64,000 nt of DNA from Gloeobacterales cyanobacterium (GCA_038245785.1 JBBRSB010000017.1:1-64000); one strand, 5' to 3'. Counted from the first letter of the stretch, positions 26,067 through 36,217 are shown. Notes: a model not told the origin generated them from the sequence alone. Program-made: numbers and translations.

Positions 26067-26163
26067 AGGGCATTAAAGGGCACTGCACGTATCTTAACTC
26101 CCTGTGAGAACATCCTGATTCCGGGGTAGCCTCTGAGAATAAACATCCTGTTCGCGTAAAGAA

Positions 26164-26520
26164 ATGAAGACCTCTGCAAACACCGATTTATTCATTCGTG
26201 AAACCACCCGTTCGGTAATGACTTGGATCGGCTTGGAGATCATGCTGGCCATCGTCCGCTATGCGCCGCACATCTCAGAGGCTGGGGCCAAAATGACCTA
26301 CGACTATCTTCCTCTGGATGCTGTTTTGGGCATCGGTGGTGCTTTGTCTATCGGGATATCTGGTCTTTTCTTCCGCAATATCGAAAGTGAGGTCACCACC
26401 GGCAACTTTGAGCGGGCGAACTCGAAGAAGGGTGTAGGAGCCGTTCTATGGGCTCTGGGACTGATTGGGGTTTTGGTGCCTGTGGGCAGAGCCGTGCTAA
26501 GCATCACCAATTTCAATTAA
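26164..26520 (+). CDS. Hypothetical membrane protein (about 3 TM)
   Basis: 118-aa ORF with hydrophobic segments. Confidence 0.6.
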   Translation: MKTSANTDLFIRETTRSVMTWIGLEIMLAIVRYAPHISEAGAKMTYDYLPLDAVLGIGGALSIGISGLFFRNIESEVTTGNFERANSKKGVGAVLWALGLIGVLVPVGRAVLSITNFN

Positions 26521-26634
26521 TTTCATATTATTGTCATATTAACTCCACCAAATCTTCCAAATCCTTTCGCAATTGCTTTAAAATATAGGTAGTTAAAAGG
26601 GTTAAAACTTAGTAGGAAGAAACACAAATACCCT

Positions 26635-26886
26635 TTGGGGAGTGAAGTCGTGATTACACAATCCAAGCAGTACGCAACCAAGCTTTTTGCAACAGAATTC
26701 GGTCAAGTTTTCTACGCATACCAGGGCTTGATCAATGCTTGCGGTCCAGAGTGCCATTCCTGGCATGTGGTGCTGGAAACGCTTGATGGTAAGCTCGTTC
26801 GCACCAATCAGGCCATTCCTGTAGTAGCAGACCGGGAGCCCACCTTTAAAGATGCCTGTGCTCTTGCTGAAATGCTGGCCGCTTAG
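26635..26886 (+). CDS. Hypothetical protein
   Basis: 83-aa ORF converging on the next gene; AGGA upstream; start uncertain. Confidence 0.5.
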   Translation: MGSEVVITQSKQYATKLFATEFGQVFYAYQGLINACGPECHSWHVVLETLDGKLVRTNQAIPVVADREPTFKDACALAEMLAA

Positions 26887-27119
26887 TGTTCTCCAACAAA
26901 ATCTAAGCAATCGATAGCCGCTTCTGTCAAAGCTGCCCGTGGATTCACAGGGCATTTTAGGTGATATTCGCCCGTGAAGTAGCGGCAGCGCGAACAAGGA
27001 ATTTCGTGAAGCGTTTTAATGTCTTGGACGCCCTTACCCGCCCAAGCCAAGAAATCCACAATAATCATCACCGTTACGGTACTAATGGTGATGAAGGTAA
27101 AAAAGGCGTAAAGAGTCAT
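26883..27119 (-). CDS. Conserved cyanobacterial small Cys-rich membrane protein
   Basis: TM helix then LHEIPCSRCRYFTG..HLKCPVNP..ALTEAAIDC.DF; ATG 27119 preferred to the track start. Confidence 0.7.
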   Translation of the reverse strand: MTLYAFFTFITISTVTVMIIVDFLAWAGKGVQDIKTLHEIPCSRCRYFTGEYHLKCPVNPRAALTEAAIDCLDFVGEH

Positions 27120-27290
27120 TCTATATAGCTGTCCCACTCTGTCACAGAATAACAGAGTATGTATTCTGCCTAAATACGGCAAAATGTAACTTTACATATG
27201 TAGGATTGGTTGTCGCTCATCACTACTTTAAAGTTTTTAAGCCATGGCTGCTTATATCACAAGGTATAGATTAGCTCAGGCATTGGACAG

Positions 27291-27587
27291 TTATTTAATC
27301 AGCTCAACCGTTAAACGGAATCCAAGAGCATCTAGAATTGCATTCAGACTTTTTAGCTCAGGGTTTCCCTTATCAGAGAGCATTCGATATAGATTTTCTC
27401 GATTTAGCTTTGTTACTTCTGCCAACTGTTTTATGCTACTGGATCTTGCTTGAGCAACATCTCGCAGAGCAAGTAAAAAGACTTCAAGGTCTTTATCTTC
27501 CAAAGTAGCATTTAGGTATTCTTGAGCCTCTAGTGGGTCTTCCAATGCTTTGATCAAATCTTCCTGATAGCCCTTGCTTCTAGTCAT
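27291..27587 (-). CDS. Addiction-module antidote (HI1420-like Xre HTH antitoxin)
   Basis: L.DPLEAQEYLNA.LE..D...FLLALRDVAQAR...LA....LNRENLYRMLS.KGNP.L.SL..IL.ALG. Confidence 0.9.
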   Translation of the reverse strand: MTRSKGYQEDLIKALEDPLEAQEYLNATLEDKDLEVFLLALRDVAQARSSSIKQLAEVTKLNRENLYRMLSDKGNPELKSLNAILDALGFRLTVELIK

Positions 27588-27703
27588 CACTTCTACTCCT
27601 GTAGTCCATCCAGTATTTCCTTGCTTTTTCTATGTCGCGATTAACTAATACATCATCCAACGTGAATAATTTTATTAACTACGTCAAACTGTTCATAGCT
27701 CAC
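27580..27703 (-). pseudogene. Fused remnants of two toxin genes (PemK/MazF-like fragments + RelE/HI1419-like C-terminus)
   Basis: GTG 27703 reads MSYEQFDVV; another frame reads IKLFTLDDVLV then RDIEKARKYWMDYRSRSDD*, overlapping the antidote start. Confidence 0.65.
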
Positions 27704-28700
27704 GGTATGCCTGCTCATCACCAGCTGAGTCCCATTCGCTTAATGTCGCGCAGACAGCCTTTAAGTATTCCTCATCGACTCTAGGCAAAGCGACGCTCTT
27801 CAGAACATTCATTGGGCCGTAATTTTTCAGTAGCTCCATCTCCGGCTCATTGCGGACAAGGAGAGCCCCTGCAAAGCCTAGGGAATTCACTGAAATAGAC
27901 TCAAAATCTTCTTGGGAACGGGGGACCAGTAACATCCATTGCCGCGTAAGTAAAAGATTGTAGGCTCCTGACTGTTTATTCTCTGCTGTCCGAGCGCCCA
28001 AACCTACGGTATGAAGCAAAGTTTTATACTGCTCAAAAGTTGTAAGCGCTGCTTTTGAAGGGGACTCGGCCCAAGTGGGGTCTAGCTGTGCAAAGGCATG
28101 GCTGAACGGAAGTCCAGGGATGGTCCCGACAGGTCCTTGAAAAGTGGCCGTAGAAAATAAAGAAGCGATGGGAATTGGGGGACTTTCAGGAGTAGAGGCA
28201 GGAGCGAGCGGTAGAGGGACCAGTTGCAAATGCTTATGTCGCTGACTGGCACCAGCTTTTTTGCCCGCATTGTAGAAGGCTAAGCCTTCAAACTCAGCCA
28301 TGCATGCCCAAAGCGCCTCAAAATCTTGCAGCGTGAGTAGGTTTTCCTGCTCCTCGAAGTCCCGTGTGATGATCAGCAGATGGTAGTTCGCCACGTTGTA
28401 TTTATTGAGAAGACAGAGGTGGGTTTTGGAAATGTCAGCAACGAAGAGGTCTTCTTCGTAGGGCAGAAAGGGATTGATTTTCTTGCCAGAAGCTTTAGCG
28501 GCTTTTTTTGCTTCACGCTTAAGGTTGAGATTGGCCAAGGTGCGAACCAGGAAATGGACCCCCCCTTGCTCTACAAACGTATGCTCCGTCGGTAACGACA
28601 GCAGGGCTCCACACGCCAGCGCATGACGGGTTTGCTCTATGACTCTTGGCCATAAAGTGCCCGGTTTCAGCAAGAGCGTCTTCTCTTCAGTCATGGCCAT
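27693..28700 (-). CDS. ATP adenylyltransferase / Ap4A phosphorylase II
   Basis: NPFLPYEEDLFV, LLNKYNV..HLLIIT, FYN.G..AGASQRHKHLQ (HxHxQ), VNSLGFAGALLV. Confidence 0.9.
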   Translation of the reverse strand: MAMTEEKTLLLKPGTLWPRVIEQTRHALACGALLSLPTEHTFVEQGGVHFLVRTLANLNLKREAKKAAKASGKKINPFLPYEEDLFVADISKTHLCLLNKYNVANYHLLIITRDFEEQENLLTLQDFEALWACMAEFEGLAFYNAGKKAGASQRHKHLQLVPLPLAPASTPESPPIPIASLFSTATFQGPVGTIPGLPFSHAFAQLDPTWAESPSKAALTTFEQYKTLLHTVGLGARTAENKQSGAYNLLLTRQWMLLVPRSQEDFESISVNSLGFAGALLVRNEPEMELLKNYGPMNVLKSVALPRVDEEYLKAVCATLSEWDSAGDEQAYREL

Positions 28701-28806
28701 ACGTCAAGATAGTTTGGAATCCTTAGTCTACCGATTTAAGCCTCCCAAATCTTTGGCATGGACTACGTTGTCTTATAGGCAAGGCTGAAGGCCCAGACCT
28801 ATCTAA

Positions 28807-28823
28807 TTCACCAATTTTTCACC
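28807..28823 (+). promoter_or_regulatory. TTCACC-N5-TTCACC direct repeat, putative OmpR-family binding site
   Basis: Perfect 11-bp-period repeat upstream of the RND operon; variants at 36227, 38793 and 46369. Confidence 0.55.
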
Positions 28824-28841
28824 CGCTCCACGTAGCATGAA

Positions 28842-30182
28842 TTGATGCGTTCAGGTGAAGAGCCATTGCTGTCAAACGTCCGTCCCTCTGGTTTGGCTAT
28901 TCTCCTGGCGGCCTATCTGCTTATTGCTCCCACACCTGTCTTAGCCCAGAACGCCTCAGTGCCGTTGTTGAATCTGCGATTGGAAGAGGCGATGCGCCAA
29001 GCTGAGGCCAACAATCCGCAGTTACTGGCTGCCCGCCGTAACCTTGTTGTTGCCGAGTCGGGTACAGTCACAGCTGCCGTTGGTCCTAATCCTCGTTTAG
29101 CCCTAGACGTGCCCATCGGTCTGGCGGAAACCAAGCGCACCCTGAGTCTGGAGCAACCAATTGAACTGGGAGGAAAGCGTCAGGCTCGTCTCGACTTAGC
29201 GAATGACCAGACTCAGGTGGCTCAGGTACAGCTTGAGCAGTTGCGGTGGCAGGTGCGTTCCGATGTGCGGCAAGCATACGTGGAACTAGCCATTGCTCAG
29301 GCTGCTCAAAAACAGACAGAAAACACGGTCAACTTAGCCCAACAACTGGTTGAGATTGCCCGTAAACGTCTGAAAGCTGGAGACGTGGCCGAGGCAGAGC
29401 TTATCCAAACACGCTTTGTACTGGAACGTGCGCGTCAACGCCTCGAACCGACGACCAATCGGGTCCGGCAGTCCATGATCAAGCTGGATGCCTTATCGGG
29501 CCAGCCAACAGAAACGCTGATCGAGCCTGTAGACGCACAAGTATTCAATCTAGCGGTTGAAGCAAAGCAAATGACACCTAAAACCTTACTGTTGCTACCA
29601 GAACTTACCACGCTACAGAAAATAGCCCAGCAGCGCAGACTGGATTTGACCCTTGCCCAACAGCAGCAGAGGATCAGCAATGATCAGATAGCCTTAGCCC
29701 GTTCTGCTCAAGTTCCAGATGTTGCCCTGGCTGGCGCTTTCATCTGGGATCCTGCTACCGAGACAACCGCAGCGCTCTTAGGTATCCGCATAGAGCTACC
29801 GATTTTCAATAATCGTCAAGGTGAGGTGAATCAGGCTCTGGCCAATCAATCCCTGGCAGCAGCTCAGCGATTGGTGCTTGAGCGTCAGGTAGAGAAGGAA
29901 GTGGCGGCGGCCTATCAGGATGTGCGTAGTACAGAGCGACTCTTGCAGCAGGACCGCACGGTGCTCTTACCTCAGTCCGAGCAGGTGCTAGATCTCGCCC
30001 GCAAGAGCTACCAGTTTGGTCAAACCGGACTGACCGATGTCTTGGTTGCTCAGCAGTCCGTTCAAGACCAGCGCGATGCTTACTACAACGATGTTCTTGC
30101 TTATCAGACCGCTCTGGGCACCTTAGAACGTGCCGTCAATCAGCCCCTTACCGGAAAGCCCGATGTCCCCGCCACTCCTTAA
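28842..30182 (+). CDS. TolC/CzcC family outer-membrane efflux protein
   Basis: Signal peptide, NNPQL.AAR, LEQPIELGGKR.AR, LPIFNNRQG. Confidence 0.92.
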   Translation: MMRSGEEPLLSNVRPSGLAILLAAYLLIAPTPVLAQNASVPLLNLRLEEAMRQAEANNPQLLAARRNLVVAESGTVTAAVGPNPRLALDVPIGLAETKRTLSLEQPIELGGKRQARLDLANDQTQVAQVQLEQLRWQVRSDVRQAYVELAIAQAAQKQTENTVNLAQQLVEIARKRLKAGDVAEAELIQTRFVLERARQRLEPTTNRVRQSMIKLDALSGQPTETLIEPVDAQVFNLAVEAKQMTPKTLLLLPELTTLQKIAQQRRLDLTLAQQQQRISNDQIALARSAQVPDVALAGAFIWDPATETTAALLGIRIELPIFNNRQGEVNQALANQSLAAAQRLVLERQVEKEVAAAYQDVRSTERLLQQDRTVLLPQSEQVLDLARKSYQFGQTGLTDVLVAQQSVQDQRDAYYNDVLAYQTALGTLERAVNQPLTGKPDVPATP

Positions 30183-31299
30183 ATTATCCACGGGTTGCTG
30201 GGTACTGGTTTTGCTGGCAGGCTGCCAGAGTGCCAAGCCGGCGGAGGACCCTGCCCCACCCCCTGTCGTCCGTTTACCTATCACTCGCGTACAGCGGCAA
30301 GACCTTTCGAGCATTGCTCGTCTGACCGGAACGGTGAATGCTCTGCCGGACCATTCGGTCAAGGTAAGCCCCGCTGTGGCCGGGAAACTAACTGCGGTTC
30401 TCGTTGTGCCCGGTCAGCGCATTACCCGTGGACAGCTTATAGCGCGCCTTAATAATCGTCAGTCCACAGGCCAGCTCGCCCAGACGAATGCAGCTCTGCA
30501 GTTCACTACTATCGGAGTTGCTCAAGCACAGACAAATCTGCAGCTCGCCCGCGATACCCTGGATCGGGTACAGATGCTGTACAACGAGAAAATTGCTCCG
30601 CAGAAAGATTTGATTGCGGCCCAGAGTCAACTCGCTACCAGTAAAGAGCAACTGCAGGCTGCCAAGTCTCAGGTTGCCCAAGCCCAGGCAACCCGCTCTC
30701 AATCAGTGGCGCAGCTAGGATTTGCGGAAGTGCGTAGTCCTATCTCAGGCGTAGTGGCCCGTCGCTTGCTCAATATCGGCGATACTACTGACCCTGCGAC
30801 ACCGATTGTGCAGGTGGTGGATCTCGCCACTGTCATCATCAATGCCAGCCAGCCAGCCGATTCACCCGTCCAGATCCAGGTCGGGCAAAAAGGGTATATC
30901 CAGGGTCCATCTCAAGGCGGACCGGATCTAGTGGGAACCGTCACTGCTGTTAGTCCGATCGTCGATCCCCAAAGCAATACGCTCTCTATCCAGCTCCGTT
31001 GCCCAAATCCAAAAGGACAGCTCAAAGAGGGACAATCGGTTGCAGTCCAAGTGACAACCAGTGTTCATAGAGCCGCGCTCACAGTTCCTAAGACAGCTCT
31101 AGTCCCCGATCCAGATCAGCCTAACGCTCGCTTGGTGTACAAGCTTCAGGGCGGAAAGATTACGCGGGTTCCGGTACGCACAGGGCTTGAAGAGCGAGGG
31201 CGAATTGAGATCCTAAACGGTCTTTCCGCAGGCGAAATGATTGCCGCTAGTGGAGCCTACGGCCTACCGGATGGTACGGCAGTGGAGGCTCTACCATGA
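30163..31299 (+). CDS. RND efflux periplasmic adaptor (MFP), lipoprotein
   Basis: Lipobox LLAGC, VRSPISGVV, coiled hairpin, GLSAGE; ATG 30163 preferred. Confidence 0.92.
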   Translation: MSPPLLKLSTGCWVLVLLAGCQSAKPAEDPAPPPVVRLPITRVQRQDLSSIARLTGTVNALPDHSVKVSPAVAGKLTAVLVVPGQRITRGQLIARLNNRQSTGQLAQTNAALQFTTIGVAQAQTNLQLARDTLDRVQMLYNEKIAPQKDLIAAQSQLATSKEQLQAAKSQVAQAQATRSQSVAQLGFAEVRSPISGVVARRLLNIGDTTDPATPIVQVVDLATVIINASQPADSPVQIQVGQKGYIQGPSQGGPDLVGTVTAVSPIVDPQSNTLSIQLRCPNPKGQLKEGQSVAVQVTTSVHRAALTVPKTALVPDPDQPNARLVYKLQGGKITRVPVRTGLEERGRIEILNGLSAGEMIAASGAYGLPDGTAVEALP

Positions 31300-34200
31300 T
31301 TCGTTTTACCAAACTCCTGCAATCACAGGCTCGGGCCATCTATTTAGTCTTCGCCCTCGTTGCCGTTGGTGGTTTGCTGGCCTACTTGAACTTGCCTTCA
31401 GACGTCTACCCAGAACTGTCCTTCCCCCGCATTGCCGTGATTGCTGAAGTGGGAGACACTTCTCCAGAGCGGGTGGTAGTTACAGTGACACGACCCCTGG
31501 AGGAAGCGGTCGGCCAGGTTTATCGGGTGCGCTGGGTCCGATCAAAGACGATTCGCGGCTCGACGGAACTTTCGATTGAGTTCCAACCCGGTACGGACAT
31601 GCAGTCGGCCTTGCAGCAACTGCAAACACGCATTGCTGAAGTGCGCTCCAATTTACCTCCAAACGTTAACCTAACCGTTGAGCGGATTACCCCGGCTATT
31701 TTTCCAGTTCTCGGCTATAACGTCAGTGCCCCAGCGCTCACGCAAGCAGACCTCTATACGATTGCCCGCTATCAAATCCAGCCACGCCTGACACGGGTGC
31801 CGGGCGTGGCCCGTGTGCAAATTCAAGGGGGAGATATTCCCCAAGTCGCGATCGAAATCGATCCAGCCAAACTCAAAAGCTATGGTCTGAGCCTGACCCA
31901 AATCGCTGATGCGCTGACCCGCACTAATCAAATTCAGGTGGTGGGCAAACTCGACGAACGCTATCAACAAAATTTGGTAGTAGCGACCAACGAAGCCGCT
32001 GAGCCTTCCCAGCTTGGGGGCATTGTCGTAGCTACTCGCGCAGGCGGAGTTCCTATCTTCCTCCGAGACTTAGGACGTATTCAGTCAGGAGCTGCTGACC
32101 GAACCCGCCTTGTCAGCGTGGATGGTAAGCCGGGTCTAACCCTGAATATCTTTCGTCAACCGAACAGCAACGTGGTCGATGTCTCTACAGGAGTACAGAC
32201 AGAACTGGCGGAGATCAAGAAAAGCTTGCCGCCTGGGGTGGTGATCAAGCCCGCTTATAACGAATCGGGTCTGGTGGTCGATGCCATTGCCAATGTGCGC
32301 GATGCCATCGGCATTGGGATTGTACTAATTATTATCGTCCTCTACTTTTTCCTGCGCGAGTGGCGTAGCACCGTCATTGCCGCTCTAACTATTCCTTTAT
32401 CTGCCTTGGCCGCCTTCGCTGTGCTCTATCTCGTTGGTCAGAGCCTGAATTTAATGTCTTTGGGAGGGCTAGCCGTCGCCATTGGCCTCGTGATTGATGA
32501 TGCCATCGTTGTCATCGAGAACATCGACCGACAGATGCAAGGTGGGCTTAACCCATCAGCAGCGGTGGCAGCAGCAGCCACAGAACTGGCTGGACCCGTC
32601 ACCAGTTCTACAATAACGACGGTGGTGGTATTTCTTCCTCTAGGACTCCTATCAGGCGTGGCGGGGCAGTTCTTTATCAGCCTAACCCTCACGCTTTCAG
32701 CTGCTGTCATTTTCTCGCTATTGCTTGCCCTCAGCTTAACACCCCTCCTTTCGGCTCGCTGGCTGCGCAATGAGCAGCTCGCAACAGAGTCTGCGGATCT
32801 GACACGGCTGGACAGTGCTTATACGAGCGTGCTGGGCAAAGTGCTCAACCAACCCTTGCTAGTCGCGCTTGTCTCCCTGATACTCCTGCTTGGGGGCAGT
32901 TTACTCTTCAGTCAATTGGGGTCAGATTTTTTACCCGCTGTCGATGAAGGTAGCTATATCCTGGACTACCTGACTCCGCCGGGAACTGCTCTTGCAGAGA
33001 CAGATATCTTGGCCCACAGGCTTGAAAATATCCTCGCTAAAACGCCTGAAGTGGTGGCTTGGACCCGACGCACGGGGGCAGAAAATGGTCTGTTTGCCAC
33101 TGAACCGAACAAAGGCGATATCCTTGTGGTCCTGAAACCTGCAAGTGAGCGGAAGCGCAGTGTTTCGGACATCATCGAAGAGCAGCGTCAGCAAATTGCG
33201 CAGCAGTTACCTCAAGTGGAAAGTGATTTTCACCAGATTCTGCAGGACGAACTCAATGATCTCTCTGGAACCGCTAGCCCAATTGAAGTGAGACTGTTTG
33301 GCGAAGACCCGATTATTCTGCGCAAGCTGGCTGCCCAAGCGGAGGAGAAGATCAAGGACACGCCAGGGTTAGTAGATCTCGTCACTACAGGCAGAGTCGG
33401 TGCCCCGCAGATCGATATCCAGGTGGACTCCCAGCAAGCCGGGCGCATCGGCCTCACGGCGGCAGAGGTGACGACGCAGGTGCAGAATTCCCTTTTAGGA
33501 GGAATCGCTACTCAATTACGGCAGGCGGATCGGTTGATCGATGTGCGCGTCCGCTTGCTGGATTCGGTACGGCGCGACCCCCAACAGCTGGCTCAGGTGC
33601 CAATCATTGGCTCAAATGGTCAGGTGCTTCCCCTCTCAGCCCTTGCGTCTCTTAAATCAAACGCAGGTGAAGGCGAGATCTCCCGTGAAAATCAACAGCG
33701 ATACGTATCACTCAAGGCCAACCTGGAAGGCCGTGACCTGGGCTCAGCAGTGCAAGAGGTGCGAGGAAAACTGGCTGGACTAAAGCTGCCCGCAGGCTAC
33801 ACCCTTGTCCTCGGCGGCCTTTACGCCAGCCAGCAGGAGACCTTTGGCCAACTGCTCGCCGTTCTAGTACTGGCGATTGTGCTGGTCTATCTCGTCTTAG
33901 TGGTGCAATTTCGTTCCTTCAGCCAGCCTCTGGCTATCTTCACGGCGATTCCCCTAGCTCTGTTTGGAGTGGTGGTCGCTCTCTGGATTACCCACACTCC
34001 GATCAACGTTTCTTCGTTTATGGGAATCATTCTGCTGATTGGTCTAGTGGTCAAAAACGGGATCATCTTACTGGAATATACCAATCGACTACGAGAAGAA
34101 GGTTTGTCCCTAGATGAAGCTTTGATTGAAGCAGGGCGGGTACGACTGCGACCAATTCTGATGACCACTTTGTGCACCATCCTTGGTCTACTGCCGCTGG

Positions 34201-34358
34201 CGTTGGGTCTAGGGGCAGGGGCTGAACTGCAAAAACCGCTGGCCATTGCTGTCATCGGCGGTCTATCCCTCTCCACAATTTTTACCCTCATCTTCGTACC
34301 CGTTGTCTTTCGGGCCATCAATCAGGGAACCATTCGCAATCAAGAGGCCGTACCGTGA
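31296..34358 (+). CDS. RND efflux permease (AcrB/CusA superfamily)
   Basis: AIGLVIDDAIVVIEN, GLVVKNGI, RLRPILMTT, PLAIAVIGG. Confidence 0.95.
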   Translation: MIRFTKLLQSQARAIYLVFALVAVGGLLAYLNLPSDVYPELSFPRIAVIAEVGDTSPERVVVTVTRPLEEAVGQVYRVRWVRSKTIRGSTELSIEFQPGTDMQSALQQLQTRIAEVRSNLPPNVNLTVERITPAIFPVLGYNVSAPALTQADLYTIARYQIQPRLTRVPGVARVQIQGGDIPQVAIEIDPAKLKSYGLSLTQIADALTRTNQIQVVGKLDERYQQNLVVATNEAAEPSQLGGIVVATRAGGVPIFLRDLGRIQSGAADRTRLVSVDGKPGLTLNIFRQPNSNVVDVSTGVQTELAEIKKSLPPGVVIKPAYNESGLVVDAIANVRDAIGIGIVLIIIVLYFFLREWRSTVIAALTIPLSALAAFAVLYLVGQSLNLMSLGGLAVAIGLVIDDAIVVIENIDRQMQGGLNPSAAVAAAATELAGPVTSSTITTVVVFLPLGLLSGVAGQFFISLTLTLSAAVIFSLLLALSLTPLLSARWLRNEQLATESADLTRLDSAYTSVLGKVLNQPLLVALVSLILLLGGSLLFSQLGSDFLPAVDEGSYILDYLTPPGTALAETDILAHRLENILAKTPEVVAWTRRTGAENGLFATEPNKGDILVVLKPASERKRSVSDIIEEQRQQIAQQLPQVESDFHQILQDELNDLSGTASPIEVRLFGEDPIILRKLAAQAEEKIKDTPGLVDLVTTGRVGAPQIDIQVDSQQAGRIGLTAAEVTTQVQNSLLGGIATQLRQADRLIDVRVRLLDSVRRDPQQLAQVPIIGSNGQVLPLSALASLKSNAGEGEISRENQQRYVSLKANLEGRDLGSAVQEVRGKLAGLKLPAGYTLVLGGLYASQQETFGQLLAVLVLAIVLVYLVLVVQFRSFSQPLAIFTAIPLALFGVVVALWITHTPINVSSFMGIILLIGLVVKNGIILLEYTNRLREEGLSLDEALIEAGRVRLRPILMTTLCTILGLLPLALGLGAGAELQKPLAIAVIGGLSLSTIFTLIFVPVVFRAINQGTIRNQEAVP

Positions 34359-34392
34359 TAGGGCGGAGATAAGTAATTGCGGAGATTAGACT

Positions 34393-36078
34393 TTGACGAG
34401 CGTACCATCCACCTCAAAGCGCACGCACCTTAGCCTCTGGGTCACTTTTTTTCTGATAGCGAGTGTAGGTATTGTCGATCTTTTGTCCGCCGTTACCCCC
34501 AGCCTGCCAGAAAGAGTTCGGTGGCTTGCAAAGTTTTTTCCTATAGAGCTAAGGAGTTCAGGGCATCTATTTTCTGCGCTTATTGGATTTTTCCTGCTGA
34601 CCTTGGCAACCAGCTTATTGCGGCGAAAGCGTTCGGCCTGGCTGCTGACGATTGCGCTCCTCATTGCTTCCATTTTTTCTCATTTGATTAAGGGACTGGA
34701 CTATGAGGAAAGTTTTTTGACCTTGGGACTACTGATTCAGCTCATTCTGACGCGCAAAGCGTTCACGGCCAAGTCAGATCGACCTTCTATGGCTCAAGGC
34801 GTGCGCGTCCTCATCGGAGCTTTAGTGTTCACTTTGGCCTATGGCACGGCGGGCTTCTTTCTGCTGGACCGAGCCTACAAGGTCAATTTTGATCTGCCAG
34901 GAGCCATTTTTCAGACCCTGTCCATGTTTTTTACCGAGGACAATGCAGGGCTACAACCACAGACAAGATTCGGACGCTTCTTTGCGAATTCTATTTACTT
35001 GGTCGGTGGAGTTACCTTGGCCTATGCATTGCTGATGCTCCTGCGGCCCGTTCTGCTCCGTGGAGAACCAGCCCTTTCAGCCGAGCGACAAAGGGCCAAG
35101 AAGATTGTTGAAAAGTATGGGTGTTCCTCTTTAGCAAGATTCACGTTGCTGGATGACAAAGCCTATTACTTCAGTCCATCAGGAGAGAGTTTTATCGCCT
35201 ATGTTCCCAAAGGTCGGGGAGCTATTGCGCTAGGTGATCCGATTGGTCCCATCGCAGACTATCCTCAGGCCATTATTGGTTTTCAGCAGCGCTGTGAACG
35301 CAATGATTGGTATCCGGCTTTTTATCAGACTCAGCCTGCTTATTTGGACTTATATCAATCGCTTGGTTTTCGAGTATTGCACATTGGTGAAGAAGGCATT
35401 GTAGACCTGAGAGCCTTCTCGTTGAAGGGCAAAGCTGGGCAAAATCTAAGAACGACGATGAATCGGTTTGCAAAGTTGCAGTATCAGGTCAAGTTTTATC
35501 AGCCACCGATTGATTCTTCTTTACTCCAGCAACTCCGTAGCGTCAGTGATGAATGGCTTTATATGATGCATGGCTCTGAGAAGAAGTTTTCTCTGGGCTG
35601 GTTTGACGAGGACTATCTTAAATCGTGTGAGATCGCTGTCGTTGAGACCTCCTCTGGTGAGATCAGTGCCTTTGCTAATCTAGTGAGCGGCTATCAGGCA
35701 AAGATGATCACGGTTGATTTGATGCGGCAACGAACTGAAGTTGAGCCAGGCACGATGGACTTTTTGTTTATTTCGATGTTTGAGAAGTTTAAAGCAGAAG
35801 GCTATGAAGGATTTAACCTCGGCCTGTCCGCACTCTCAGGAGTGGGTAATACGGATGATTCTCCCCAGCTAGAGAAGGTCGTTAGCTATCTCTATGAGCA
35901 CCTCAATCAGTTCTATAACTTTAAGGGCGTACACCAGTACAAAGAGAAATTTTACCCACAGTGGGAACCCCGCTATTTGATCTATCCCAATTTGACTACG
36001 CTCCCCGATGTTATTTTTGCCCTTGTTAGAGCAGACTCCGGCGATCGCCTTCTGGATTACTTAAAACCAGGTGCTTAA
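34393..36078 (+). CDS. MprF-like aminoacyl-phosphatidylglycerol synthase (DUF2156) lacking the N-terminal flippase
   Basis: TM region then ALGDPIG, IGEE..VDL..FSL.G, EK.FSLG.F, VDLMR, FNLG...LSG, FYNFKG...YKEKF.P.WEPRYL. Confidence 0.88.
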   Translation: MTSVPSTSKRTHLSLWVTFFLIASVGIVDLLSAVTPSLPERVRWLAKFFPIELRSSGHLFSALIGFFLLTLATSLLRRKRSAWLLTIALLIASIFSHLIKGLDYEESFLTLGLLIQLILTRKAFTAKSDRPSMAQGVRVLIGALVFTLAYGTAGFFLLDRAYKVNFDLPGAIFQTLSMFFTEDNAGLQPQTRFGRFFANSIYLVGGVTLAYALLMLLRPVLLRGEPALSAERQRAKKIVEKYGCSSLARFTLLDDKAYYFSPSGESFIAYVPKGRGAIALGDPIGPIADYPQAIIGFQQRCERNDWYPAFYQTQPAYLDLYQSLGFRVLHIGEEGIVDLRAFSLKGKAGQNLRTTMNRFAKLQYQVKFYQPPIDSSLLQQLRSVSDEWLYMMHGSEKKFSLGWFDEDYLKSCEIAVVETSSGEISAFANLVSGYQAKMITVDLMRQRTEVEPGTMDFLFISMFEKFKAEGYEGFNLGLSALSGVGNTDDSPQLEKVVSYLYEHLNQFYNFKGVHQYKEKFYPQWEPRYLIYPNLTTLPDVIFALVRADSGDRLLDYLKPGA

Positions 36079-36079
36079 T

Positions 36080-36217
36080 TAGACTTCTTGCCCGATCCCG
36101 GACGCCCCCTAAATCCCCCATAGCGAAGCTTCTCGGAGAGTATTCTGGGGGACTTTGAAGTCAGAACCCCCTAAAGTTGGGGGGCAGGGGGGCTTCCGAT
36201 ATTCATGCAGGAGCTTA
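36080..36217. mobile_element. MITE-like element with ISL2-type ends and internal CCCCC/GGGGG palindromes
   Basis: Left end TAGACTTCTTGC; right end (reverse complement) TAAGCTCCTGCATGAATA, similar to the IS end at 141; TA at both ends. Confidence 0.55.
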
